Assembly (NCBI GenBank): GCA_902615145.1
Contig: CACMNK010000002.1
Span: 20,838 to 84,837 of the forward strand
Source: an uncultured Pelagibacteraceae bacterium
GTDB taxonomy: Bacteria; Pseudomonadota; Alphaproteobacteria; Pelagibacterales; Pelagibacteraceae
Length of the DNA: 64,000 nt
Direction: 5' to 3'
Part shown: positions 20,643 to 29,408 of the stretch, in pieces
How positions within the stretch are numbered: position 1 is the stretch's first letter
How the letters are laid out: each line of letters begins with the position of its first letter
Notes under the pieces: generated by a model
Database searches by the model: none
What the model saw: only the letters and a program-made list of their open reading frames with translations
Told to the model about the DNA's origin: nothing
Translations under genes and position numbers: made by a program

Positions 20643-21944
20643 TTAATTTAACCTAAAAGATTTTGAAAAACTTAAAGAAAAGGAATCTGCGATATAATCA
20701 TAATTAATAATATTCGCTTCAGAAAAAAGTTTTTCATAAGATAAATTTATAAAAAGGCTTCTGTTAGGATCTATCCCTGGAAAAATGTCTCCAATAGCCT
20801 TTGTTAAAATTATATCAAATGTATTTGTAAAGTCTGATCTTATTGTATCATTAACTGACGTGTCTGCTTTCTTGTAATCATTGAAACTCATACTATTACT
20901 TACTGCGATATAAGCCCAAGGAAATGCAAAATTAATTCCAAAACCTACATCGTAGTTTTCATAATCATTTCCATCATCAACTCTTGAATCGGTATCACTG
21001 TAACCTAAACTAATATTAGTTGTGATCAGTTGATTTACTATAAAGTCGTGGCCTAAATTTATACTATGACCACTTGCATTCGTCTCGTTTGCAGTAGTAT
21101 CAGATATATTGTTATTTCCTTTCGAGTTTGAGTATGAAAATCCGTAACTAAAAGAATTTCTCTCACCGACAGAAAAGAAGCCTCCTAAACCATACATCTT
21201 AGAAAAACTATCAGCATCATGTTGGTAATCTGATTTGCTTAAAATAAGATACGGACTAACACTTTGTCCTAAAAAAACTGTATCTAAACCAAGAGTAAAA
21301 CCATAACTTTGATAATCATCATCAGCTTCATGATATTGTTCAGATGTAGTTTGGGACAAATTAATAAGTAACGAGGACTCCTCTCCAACAGGTCGAGATG
21401 CAGATAATCCCATACTGCCACTCAAAGTTCTGTCAAATTTTGGAGAATTAAAAGCTTCACGTGATCCAGATGAATCTTTAAATCTCGTACTTGAAACACT
21501 ATTAACATTATCAGATGCAATCACTCCAGTTGAAAAATCGGCAGCAAAAGTCCAAAGACCTGGTTCTCGATCTTTTAATTCCTCTTCAATTTCTTGTAAT
21601 GTTTCTAAATCTTCAGATGAAAGGTCCCTTCTTAATTTCATTTCTTCAATAATGGTTGATGCTTTTTCAGGTGAGTCAACTTGGACTAAAACTGATAACA
21701 AATATAATTTGATTTCAGTATTATCGGGATAAAGCATATTCAATCTTTCAAGTGTAGAAATTGTTTGCTTAAAATTTCCCATTTTACCTTGTTGCTGCGC
21801 ATATTTTAAATTCAAATCTAAATCATTAGGTTTTTGTAAAATTTGCATATAAGTAATATTTTTTTCGGAAGAGACTGCCAAGGTTGTCATCAGCAACAAA
21901 GTTGAGATGATAACTGCTATTAGCTTATTAGTATTTAAATTCAT
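20643..21944 (-). CDS. TPR-containing outer-membrane beta-barrel protein (Slam/DUF560-like architecture)
   Basis: Signal peptide; helical TPR-like N-terminus (PNDLDLNLKYA...LERLNMLYPDN); alternating aromatic beta-strands to FSLSFSKSF. Confidence 0.72.
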   Translation of the reverse strand: MNLNTNKLIAVIISTLLLMTTLAVSSEKNITYMQILQKPNDLDLNLKYAQQQGKMGNFKQTISTLERLNMLYPDNTEIKLYLLSVLVQVDSPEKASTIIEEMKLRRDLSSEDLETLQEIEEELKDREPGLWTFAADFSTGVIASDNVNSVSSTRFKDSSGSREAFNSPKFDRTLSGSMGLSASRPVGEESSLLINLSQTTSEQYHEADDDYQSYGFTLGLDTVFLGQSVSPYLILSKSDYQHDADSFSKMYGLGGFFSVGERNSFSYGFSYSNSKGNNNISDTTANETNASGHSINLGHDFIVNQLITTNISLGYSDTDSRVDDGNDYENYDVGFGINFAFPWAYIAVSNSMSFNDYKKADTSVNDTIRSDFTNTFDIILTKAIGDIFPGIDPNRSLFINLSYEKLFSEANIINYDYIADSFSLSFSKSFRLN

Positions 21945-22004
21945 AAAAGTGAAAGATATTAAGTCTATTCATTTTTTCAATTAATATTTTTTCGGGAATT
22001 AAGA

Positions 22005-24158
22005 CTATTTTCCAATACTTATTACTGTTAAGTCGTCAGTCAGTTTTTGATTTTTGCTCGTATTTACGACCATTTTAGTTATATCATTTAATTGTTGAGT
22101 GGTGTCTTTGTTGTAATTAGTCTCAATAATATCTATTGATCCGTCGATACCTATTTCTTGTCCTTTATCATTTAAGCTTTCAGATAATCCATCTGTAAAT
22201 GCATAAAATCTTGAACCATTTAGTTTCATCTTATTGATATTATAAATACTTTTGTCTTTCTGTTTGATAACACCCAAGGGAGGTGCTGAACTTAGAAACT
22301 GCTGATATTTCCCATTATCATCTCTAACAATTGCAGGCTGATGACCTGCGTTTACCCATCTAATTTCATCTGTAATTAAATTGTATTCACCAATTATTGA
22401 AGTTACAAACATTCCACCGGTTTTAGTATTATTTAAATCATTATTCATATGCAAAACCATTTCATCTGGATCTACTTTTGATTGGGACAAAACTTCAAAC
22501 AAGGTAGACGCTTTAGCCATAACCATTCCAGCATGAATACCTTTGCCAGCAACATCGGCAATTATAAAATAAATACTATCATTGTGAGGATAGAAGCTAA
22601 AGAAATCACCTGAGACCTCTCTAGCTGATAAGTTTATTCCGTGCACAGGATAATTTTTTAAATTTCTTTTTGGTAAAAAGTTTTCTTGAACTTTTACCGC
22701 TAATTTAACCTCTTTAGAAATTCTTTCACGCCACTTGTTTTTTTCCTCTTCTGTTGTTTCAAGCTTGCTCATTAACTTATTATAATAAAGACCAATCACA
22801 CCACCAGCGGTGAAAGGATCTTGAGGCCCTCTTACTTTAAGATCTCCAGATTCTGATTGTTTGTTTAAAATTGAAATTAAATCATGCTCAATTGAAACTG
22901 CATTATGCTCTGCAATATTTAATCCTAATTCTTCCTGAACAGTACTAACCCTTAATGGGTAAAATTTGTTGACAAAACTTAAAATTATAAAGGAAGATAT
23001 AAACGTAAATGATCCAATGGCCAGAATTCCTATCAATTGAATTTTAATTTGTGAAAATCTATCAAGACCAGTATCTAAAATATTTAAATCACTAAAAAAT
23101 CCAACAGCTAAAGTTCCCCAAATTCCTGCAGCCAAATGAACCGGAACAGCACCAACAACATCATCAATTTCAAATTTGTTTAAAATTTCATTTACAAAAA
23201 TTGCAATGATCGAACCAATGATACCAACAAAAATTGCAGTGACAGACGTCATTGAATTACATCCTGCAGTAATTGCAACTAAACCTGCTAATGGACCTAA
23301 AATAATATAAAAAGGATCGGGTTTTTTATGTTTAAAATATGAAATACCTAATCCAGTTAATAAACCAAAAGCAGCAGCTAAAAATGTATTGATTAAAATT
23401 AAAGGCACTACTTCATCCATCGCCCCATTGCTACCACCATTAAAACCAAACCATCCAAACCACAAAATGAGTGTACCTAAAACAGCAAGTGGAAAACTAG
23501 ATCCAGTGAATTTACCTCTATTAGCATCTGAATATTTACCAATTCTTGGCCCCAAAATAATTACTGCTGCTAAAGCAATCCATCCACCTACAGAATGTAC
23601 AATTGTACTTCCTGCAAAATCAACAAAGCCTAAATCTGAAAGCCATCCGGTTGTTCTTACTGAACCGGTAACAACTAGTAACTGATCTACCGTATCATAT
23701 TTTGAAAGATAACTTGAGGACCACGCCCAATGACCGACTATGGGATAAATTATTCCAGTAGCTAAAACAGTCATAATCAAATAACCATTAAATTTCATTC
23801 TTTCAGCAACAGCACCAGAAATAATTGTTGCAGCAGTTGCAACAAACATTGCTTGGAATACAAAGTAAGTCATGTATTCCGCTTTGTTAGTTTTGAAAAA
23901 AAATAAATCAGTGCCAAAAAAACCGTAATAAGAAGTACCAAACATGATACCAAAACCAAATATCCAGAAAATAACTACAGATACTCCAAAGTCTGCAGCA
24001 TTTTTAAGGGCAACATTAATGCTATTTTTATGCCGTGATAAGCCAGTTTCCATACACATAAAACCTGCTTGCATTATGAAAACTAGAATTGCACAATCTA
24101 TCACCCATAAAGTATCAATGTTACTTGTTAGTACATCAATTACTTCTTGGGGCATCAT
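22005..24158 (-). CDS. Ammonium transporter (Amt) fused to a PP2C/SpoIIE phosphatase
   Basis: FIMQAGF, FQAMF, SGAVAER, DFAGSTIVH, WFGWFGFNGGS, DDVVGAVPVH (Amt); HAMP-like linker; SGDFF, ADVAGKG, FTDGLSE, DDLT (PP2C). Confidence 0.95.
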   Translation of the reverse strand: MMPQEVIDVLTSNIDTLWVIDCAILVFIMQAGFMCMETGLSRHKNSINVALKNAADFGVSVVIFWIFGFGIMFGTSYYGFFGTDLFFFKTNKAEYMTYFVFQAMFVATAATIISGAVAERMKFNGYLIMTVLATGIIYPIVGHWAWSSSYLSKYDTVDQLLVVTGSVRTTGWLSDLGFVDFAGSTIVHSVGGWIALAAVIILGPRIGKYSDANRGKFTGSSFPLAVLGTLILWFGWFGFNGGSNGAMDEVVPLILINTFLAAAFGLLTGLGISYFKHKKPDPFYIILGPLAGLVAITAGCNSMTSVTAIFVGIIGSIIAIFVNEILNKFEIDDVVGAVPVHLAAGIWGTLAVGFFSDLNILDTGLDRFSQIKIQLIGILAIGSFTFISSFIILSFVNKFYPLRVSTVQEELGLNIAEHNAVSIEHDLISILNKQSESGDLKVRGPQDPFTAGGVIGLYYNKLMSKLETTEEEKNKWRERISKEVKLAVKVQENFLPKRNLKNYPVHGINLSAREVSGDFFSFYPHNDSIYFIIADVAGKGIHAGMVMAKASTLFEVLSQSKVDPDEMVLHMNNDLNNTKTGGMFVTSIIGEYNLITDEIRWVNAGHQPAIVRDDNGKYQQFLSSAPPLGVIKQKDKSIYNINKMKLNGSRFYAFTDGLSESLNDKGQEIGIDGSIDIIETNYNKDTTQQLNDITKMVVNTSKNQKLTDDLTVISIGK

Positions 24159-24167
24159 TGATATGTA

Positions 24168-24458
24168 TTATCTATAAATACTCATGGGGTCGTAAATGCA
24201 ATCTGATTGATCTATAGTCTCAAAAAAAATTTCATTTAATTCAGATGAATGAAAAGTCTGACAAAATTTTTCCTCTGGTACTTCTGCTTGTAAACTTTTC
24301 TTTGCCTCATTGACAGCCAGTGAACTCGCTAAAGATGTGGAGGCTTGGGAAATAGTTCCACCAGTTGCTAATGTAATGCCTGGATTCATCATAGCAGAAT
24401 ATTGAGTACAATTAGTTAAAAGTGGGAAAACTATTAAAATTAAAATTAATTTTTTCAT
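24168..24458 (-). CDS. Small predicted lipoprotein of unknown function
   Basis: MKKLILILIVFPLLTNC lipobox-like signal; two further Cys; 10 bp upstream of amt-PP2C. Confidence 0.7.
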   Translation of the reverse strand: MKKLILILIVFPLLTNCTQYSAMMNPGITLATGGTISQASTSLASSLAVNEAKKSLQAEVPEEKFCQTFHSSELNEIFFETIDQSDCIYDPMSIYR

Positions 24459-24505
24459 ATCAAATACTTTAAATATAAACCTTATGTATAATTAAAGCTT
24501 TCATA

Positions 24506-24520
24506 TATCCATTTTGGGTT
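24506..24520. promoter_or_regulatory. Putative shared palindromic operator TATCCA-TTT-TGGGTT upstream of lipoprotein/amt-PP2C
   Basis: Matches the block-wide motif. Confidence 0.55.
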
Positions 24521-24546
24521 AATTTACAATTTCATAATTGTAGCTA

Positions 24547-24984
24547 TTAACACGAAGAATCATCAATACTACCACTTTCATCAATATCTAACTGGCAATC
24601 ACCAAGGCCTACAGCTCTCACTGTATAAGAAGTTGTACCTGGGGAAAAAGAACAAAAAAGAAAACCATTTTGAAGCTTTATGTAACTTGGTTTTCCAAAT
24701 AGATCAGTTCCTATAGTCTCGGTTGTAGCTTTAGATGGTGTACACTCCGTTTCTGCAGTTGGTGGTACACAGTAACCATCTGTGGTAGAATAATAAGTTC
24801 CACAACTAGCATAATGATCTGTTTGAGCTAAACCTATCTGCATTAAGACGTTTTCTGCAGCTTTTTTTTTCGTACCACCGATGTAACCGTTATAAGCGAC
24901 AGTACCAACGGCAGATAAGATACCTATTATAGCAATGACTACTAGAAGTTCTATTAAAGTAAATGCAGAACTCCTAGTAGACAT
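24547..24984 (-). CDS. Type IV pilin (PilE-like minor pilin)
   Basis: SA|FTLIELLVVIAIIGILSAV class III signal with E5; QTDHYASCGTY PilE-like segment; several Cys. Confidence 0.88.
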   Translation of the reverse strand: MSTRSSAFTLIELLVVIAIIGILSAVGTVAYNGYIGGTKKKAAENVLMQIGLAQTDHYASCGTYYSTTDGYCVPPTAETECTPSKATTETIGTDLFGKPSYIKLQNGFLFCSFSPGTTSYTVRAVGLGDCQLDIDESGSIDDSSC

Positions 24985-25006
24985 TTTAAACTCAATTCAA
25001 AAAAAA

Positions 25007-25525
25007 TTAATCAATCGATATTGTGTTAGTCAATTTATTGCCAGCCACAGTGCAAGCATTTTCTGCTCCTTTACCGTCTGTGAAACAAGTAACAACTGTT
25101 ATCAAGTTATCATTTGTTGCAGTTATACTTACAAAACCTGCAGCCGCATCTGTACTTGATCTTACGGCAGCATTACCAGTAGAGTACGGATTTTTATCTT
25201 CTAAAGGAGTATCATCTCCTGTTAGATGAGTAACTATTTCTCCTGCAGTAACGAAAGTTATTGCACCTGTTCCAGCATCTGTAGTTGAACATTCTATTCC
25301 ACCTGCTCCACCTTTTTTCATGATAGTATCTGAATCATCTATAGTGCATTTAGAATATTCGGCCGCAGCATACTTAATTAAATTTGCATGAATTGTTTTA
25401 GCTGCATTTTTTTTAGCAGCACCAGTGTATCCGTTGTATGCAACAACACCTACGGCAGCTAAAATACCTATGATTGCAACAACAACCAATAATTCAATTA
25501 GTGTAAAACCTTTATTATTTTTCAT
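25007..25525 (-). CDS. pilA: Type IVa pilin, probably the major pilin
   Basis: MKNNKG|FTLIELLVVVAIIGILAAV; strong RBS (AAGAGGA); C-terminal Cys pair. Confidence 0.88.
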   Translation of the reverse strand: MKNNKGFTLIELLVVVAIIGILAAVGVVAYNGYTGAAKKNAAKTIHANLIKYAAAEYSKCTIDDSDTIMKKGGAGGIECSTTDAGTGAITFVTAGEIVTHLTGDDTPLEDKNPYSTGNAAVRSSTDAAAGFVSITATNDNLITVVTCFTDGKGAENACTVAGNKLTNTISID

Positions 25526-25625
25526 TTTAGTTCCTCTTTTTAATTAATACTTAATTCTTATTAATAATTTATGATATGTAAATACTTTATAAACATTATA
25601 TTATCTAATAAAAATAAATGTTTTT

Positions 25626-25640
25626 TGTCCATAATGGGTA
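25626..25640. promoter_or_regulatory. Putative shared palindromic operator TGTCCA-TAA-TGGGTA between divergent pilA and rsbV
   Basis: One of the most symmetric copies of the block-wide motif. Confidence 0.6.
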
Positions 25641-25689
25641 AAAAATATACATTTTAAGATCTATTTATGTTATCAGTCTTTATATAATT

Positions 25690-25989
25690 ATGACCTATAA
25701 AGTAACAGAAGAAGGAAATGTCAGCACTGTCTTTTTAAATGGAGAGATAGATATGGACGTTACCGAAAAAGCCAAAGAGGTGATTTTACCTATAGTAGAG
25801 TCAGGAAAAGAAGTTCATTTAAACTTGAAAGATGTTTCCTACATGGATTCTTCAGGAATTTCTGTTTTAATTGAAAGTCATCAAAAAGCTTTGGAGCATA
25901 ATACCAAGGTTATTGTCAAAGAGGTAAGTAAATCTGTTTTAAAAGTGATAATGATGGCAAAACTTGAACAGATTTTAAACTTGGAATAA
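25690..25989 (+). CDS. rsbV: STAS-domain anti-anti-sigma factor (RsbV/SpoIIAA family)
   Basis: LNGEID, VSYMDSSG with phosphorylatable Ser; 99 aa. Confidence 0.92.
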   Translation: MTYKVTEEGNVSTVFLNGEIDMDVTEKAKEVILPIVESGKEVHLNLKDVSYMDSSGISVLIESHQKALEHNTKVIVKEVSKSVLKVIMMAKLEQILNLE

Positions 25990-26402
25990 TGAATATAGAA
26001 GAGTCTAAAGATTTTCTTGTAAGTACGGCTAGTTTAAAAGAAGTAAGAACTTTCTCTAGAGAAGTATTTGAAAAAATTAATTTACCACAAGATCAAAAAG
26101 ATGAACTTGTATTAGCAATTGCTGAGGCAGCACAAAATATCGTTAAGCATGCCTATAAAGATATTGCAGAAACATCAGATAGAATGGAAATTAAAATCTC
26201 ACTTAAAAATAGTGATTTAGAGATCGGTTTTTTTGATAAAGGCAAAGCAGTAATACCAGAAAATATTCAACATAGAAAATTAGATGATATTAAACCAGGG
26301 GGTCTTGGGACTTTTTTTATAAAGCAAATTATGGATGCAGCAGTTTTTAAAAAAGACCAAAAAGAATGGGTAAACCATTTGGTACTTACTAAAAAAATTT
26401 AA
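25989..26402 (+). CDS. rsbW: Anti-sigma factor / Ser kinase (RsbW/SpoIIAB family)
   Basis: LAIAEAAQNIVKHAY (N box), FDKGK (G1), GGLGTFFI (G2); translationally coupled to rsbV. Confidence 0.92.
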   Translation: MNIEESKDFLVSTASLKEVRTFSREVFEKINLPQDQKDELVLAIAEAAQNIVKHAYKDIAETSDRMEIKISLKNSDLEIGFFDKGKAVIPENIQHRKLDDIKPGGLGTFFIKQIMDAAVFKKDQKEWVNHLVLTKKI

Positions 26403-27634
26403 CCTATTAACGCTCCAACATTAAAGATTGGTGAATACATCGCAATCATTAACCCACCGATCATAACTCCCATAAAAACAATCATTATCGGTTCAATCAA
26501 ACTTGACATATTATCGACAGCTCCATCGAATTCTTCTTCATAATACATTGCAACAGAACCAAACATTTCATCTAACTGCCCCGTTTGCTCACCCACAGAA
26601 ATTAATTGACTAAAAGTTGGGGGAAAGAGTGGTTCTTTTAAAAATAATTTTGTCAAAGTATCTCCAGAAAAAACTCCTTTTTTAACATTTTCTAAAGCCT
26701 CTGATACAACCACATTGCTGCTAACTGATTTTGCAATCTCTATACTTTCCAATAAATTTACTCCGGCTGCACTCAAGTTTCCCATTATTAAGGAAATTCT
26801 TGCAAGCAATGATTTTAATATTAAATCACCAAAGACTGGAAGTTTTAAAACTTGTTTGTGCCATCTATACTTAATCTTTTCATTTTTAGCTGTTAAATAT
26901 TTAAATGCTACAAAAAAGGAAATTAAACTTATTAATAAAACCATTCCTCCAGTTCCTCTTAAAAAATCACTCATTGACATGATAACTGCTGTTGGTTTTG
27001 GTAAATCTAAACCCATTCCATCATACATCTTTGCAAAAACAGGAACAACTTTGATTAACATGAATGCACTAACAGTTATTGCTACAGAAAACATTATAGC
27101 AGGATACATAAGTGCAGATTTTATTTTCTTTTTTATCTTTTCTTTTTTTTCAAGAGCGTCTACAATTTTCAATAAGAATACATCCAACTTACCACTGGCT
27201 TCTCCAGCTTTTATCAAATTACAATAAACGTTATCAAAATATTGAGGATATTTTTCAAAACATTTAGAAAGTGTTACCCCGCCCTCTAGGCTTTTCCTTA
27301 TATCTTCGATTACTTCTTTAATAGCTGGACCCTCCAACTGATCTCTCAACATGGCTAAAACCTCTAATATTGGTAAGCCCGCTTTAACCATTGTTGCAAA
27401 TTGCTTAGAAAAAATTAAGACATCTTCCACTTTGACTTTTGGTTTACGAAAAGAAAAGCCTTTACCTTTTGCTTTAGCTTTGGTCTCTACTTTTTTCTTT
27501 TTTGATCTTATTAAATTAGTAATAATAATTTTTTGCTCTTTAAGCTTATGAGATGCTTCCTCTTGATTGATAGCCTCAATATCGCCTTCAACGTATTTAC
27601 CGTCTGCAATGCCTTTGTAAGTAAATGCTTCCAT
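26399..27634 (-). CDS. pilC: Type IV pilus inner-membrane platform protein PilC
   Basis: FSKQFATMVKAGLP, AGEASGKLD, ALMYP, VGEQTGQLD, IEP. Confidence 0.95.
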   Translation of the reverse strand: MEAFTYKGIADGKYVEGDIEAINQEEASHKLKEQKIIITNLIRSKKKKVETKAKAKGKGFSFRKPKVKVEDVLIFSKQFATMVKAGLPILEVLAMLRDQLEGPAIKEVIEDIRKSLEGGVTLSKCFEKYPQYFDNVYCNLIKAGEASGKLDVFLLKIVDALEKKEKIKKKIKSALMYPAIMFSVAITVSAFMLIKVVPVFAKMYDGMGLDLPKPTAVIMSMSDFLRGTGGMVLLISLISFFVAFKYLTAKNEKIKYRWHKQVLKLPVFGDLILKSLLARISLIMGNLSAAGVNLLESIEIAKSVSSNVVVSEALENVKKGVFSGDTLTKLFLKEPLFPPTFSQLISVGEQTGQLDEMFGSVAMYYEEEFDGAVDNMSSLIEPIMIVFMGVMIGGLMIAMYSPIFNVGALIG

Positions 27635-27656
27635 GACTCTTTAAACTATATAATAA

Positions 27657-29408
27657 TTATGAGGTAGTTAAAACCCGCTCATATTCCCTAAAATTAAGCT
27701 CACCATTAGCAATTAGTCTTCTTCCCATATCTTGCATGGTTTGAAAGCCCTCTTTAACTGCAATTTCTCTTAGCTCAGGTGTTGTTGCTTTTCTAAGTAT
27801 TGCCTCTTTAACTGGTTTTGAGACAACCAAAATTTCGTATAGACCTTGTCTTCCTTTATAACCAGTGTCTTTACATTTAGGACAACCTTTCCCTTTGAGA
27901 GCTTTTACTCTTGAAGCCAATTCTGCTGTAAAGCCTAGGTCTTGCAAAACTTTTGGATTAACATCGTCATCTGGAACTCTACAATCTTTGCAGGTCCTTC
28001 TTGCTAGTCTTTGTGCTAAAACCAGTTGGCAAGCAGCACTTATTAAATAATCAGGAGTGCCCATGTTTTGTAATCTGGTTATGGTGCTTGGAGCGTCATT
28101 TGTGTGCAAAGTACTAAATACTAAGTGACCAGTGAGTGCAGCCTTCAGTCCGATATCAACTGTTTCTTTATCTCTCATCTCCCCGACAAGTATTATTTCC
28201 GGGTCTTGTCTTAAAAAAGATCTTAAAGCAGCAGCAAAACTTAATCCAATGTCGTCTTTTATCTGAACTTGTCCTACACCATCTAATTCATATTCAACAG
28301 GATCCTCGGCTGTTAGAATATTTAAGTGAGGCTTACTCACCTCTTTTAAAATACTATAAAGAGTTGTTGATTTACCAGATCCTGTTGGTCCAGTTACAAG
28401 TATTAAACCTTGAGTTCCATGAATTGCTTTTCTTAAATTCTGTAAATCAACATCTTCAAAATTTAATTGCTCTAAAGTTATGTCACCAGCATCTTTATTT
28501 AAAACCCGCATTACTATTCTCTCATTATTAGCGGTTGGTAAAATCGATAATCGTAAATCAACAACTTTACCATCTATCTTAAAATTTATTGCTCCATCTT
28601 GAGGTAATCTTCTTTCAGCAATATCTAATTTACCCATTATTTTAAATCTTGTAACAACCGCTCCATAATTATCATGAAGAAATTTTTTATATTGTTCCTG
28701 CTCTTGGAGCATTCCGTCTAATCTGTATCTAACTCTTGAGCTAAATCTGTACGGTTCGATATGAATATCACTGACACCTGATTTAATAGCCTCTGCCACA
28801 ACTGCTGTACTAAATTTTATTACTTCCGACTCATTTTCGATTGCTTCTATATCTTCCTCGGGAGCTTTTTCTAAAACTTCACCCGCCTCACCTAAATCAG
28901 AGTCAAAGGTTTTTGTTTTCTCTTTATTCTCTTGTCTAATTGTTGCAGTTGTAACGTCTCCACTTTCTGATTGAAGTTTTTCAATAAACTCTGAAATTTG
29001 AGAAACTTTTGCAGCGTGTAACTCTATATTTTTTTTTGTAATTGCTTTCAAATTTCTCATAAGACCAAGCTTTGAACTATCTGAAATCGCAATGTGAAGA
29101 GTTTTACCCTCAACTTTAAAGGGCGCTACAAAATTTACGTTTATGTAATTTGAGGGTAACACACTTTTAATTTCATCGCTTATTTGAATTTTAGAAAGAT
29201 CTACAATTTCAAGACTTTGTTCTTTTACCAAAACATCTAAAATTTTATTTTCATCAGTGAGCTTGAGTTCAAATACTGCATCTATCTGAGATTTATTTCC
29301 CTCAGTGCTAATCTTTTTAATGTTAATTAAATCTTTTCCAGAAATAATATCGTTATCAATTAACACATTGATCAAATTAATTTCACTTTCTCTGCTAATT
29401 TTAAGCAT
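27657..29408 (-). CDS. pilB: Type IV pilus extension ATPase PilB
   Basis: SDIHIEP, ERRLPQDG, GPTGSGKST, AEDPVE, LRQDPE, HTND, tetra-Cys zinc site. Confidence 0.96.
   Translation of the reverse strand: MLKISRESEINLINVLIDNDIISGKDLINIKKISTEGNKSQIDAVFELKLTDENKILDVLVKEQSLEIVDLSKIQISDEIKSVLPSNYINVNFVAPFKVEGKTLHIAISDSSKLGLMRNLKAITKKNIELHAAKVSQISEFIEKLQSESGDVTTATIRQENKEKTKTFDSDLGEAGEVLEKAPEEDIEAIENESEVIKFSTAVVAEAIKSGVSDIHIEPYRFSSRVRYRLDGMLQEQEQYKKFLHDNYGAVVTRFKIMGKLDIAERRLPQDGAINFKIDGKVVDLRLSILPTANNERIVMRVLNKDAGDITLEQLNFEDVDLQNLRKAIHGTQGLILVTGPTGSGKSTTLYSILKEVSKPHLNILTAEDPVEYELDGVGQVQIKDDIGLSFAAALRSFLRQDPEIILVGEMRDKETVDIGLKAALTGHLVFSTLHTNDAPSTITRLQNMGTPDYLISAACQLVLAQRLARRTCKDCRVPDDDVNPKVLQDLGFTAELASRVKALKGKGCPKCKDTGYKGRQGLYEILVVSKPVKEAILRKATTPELREIAVKEGFQTMQDMGRRLIANGELNFREYERVLTTS

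Noticed and set aside
25526-25689. CtrA boxes (TTAA-N7-TTAA) at the pilin promoter
   Set aside because: Many TTAA half-sites, but none found with exact N7 spacing; expected by chance in AT-rich DNA
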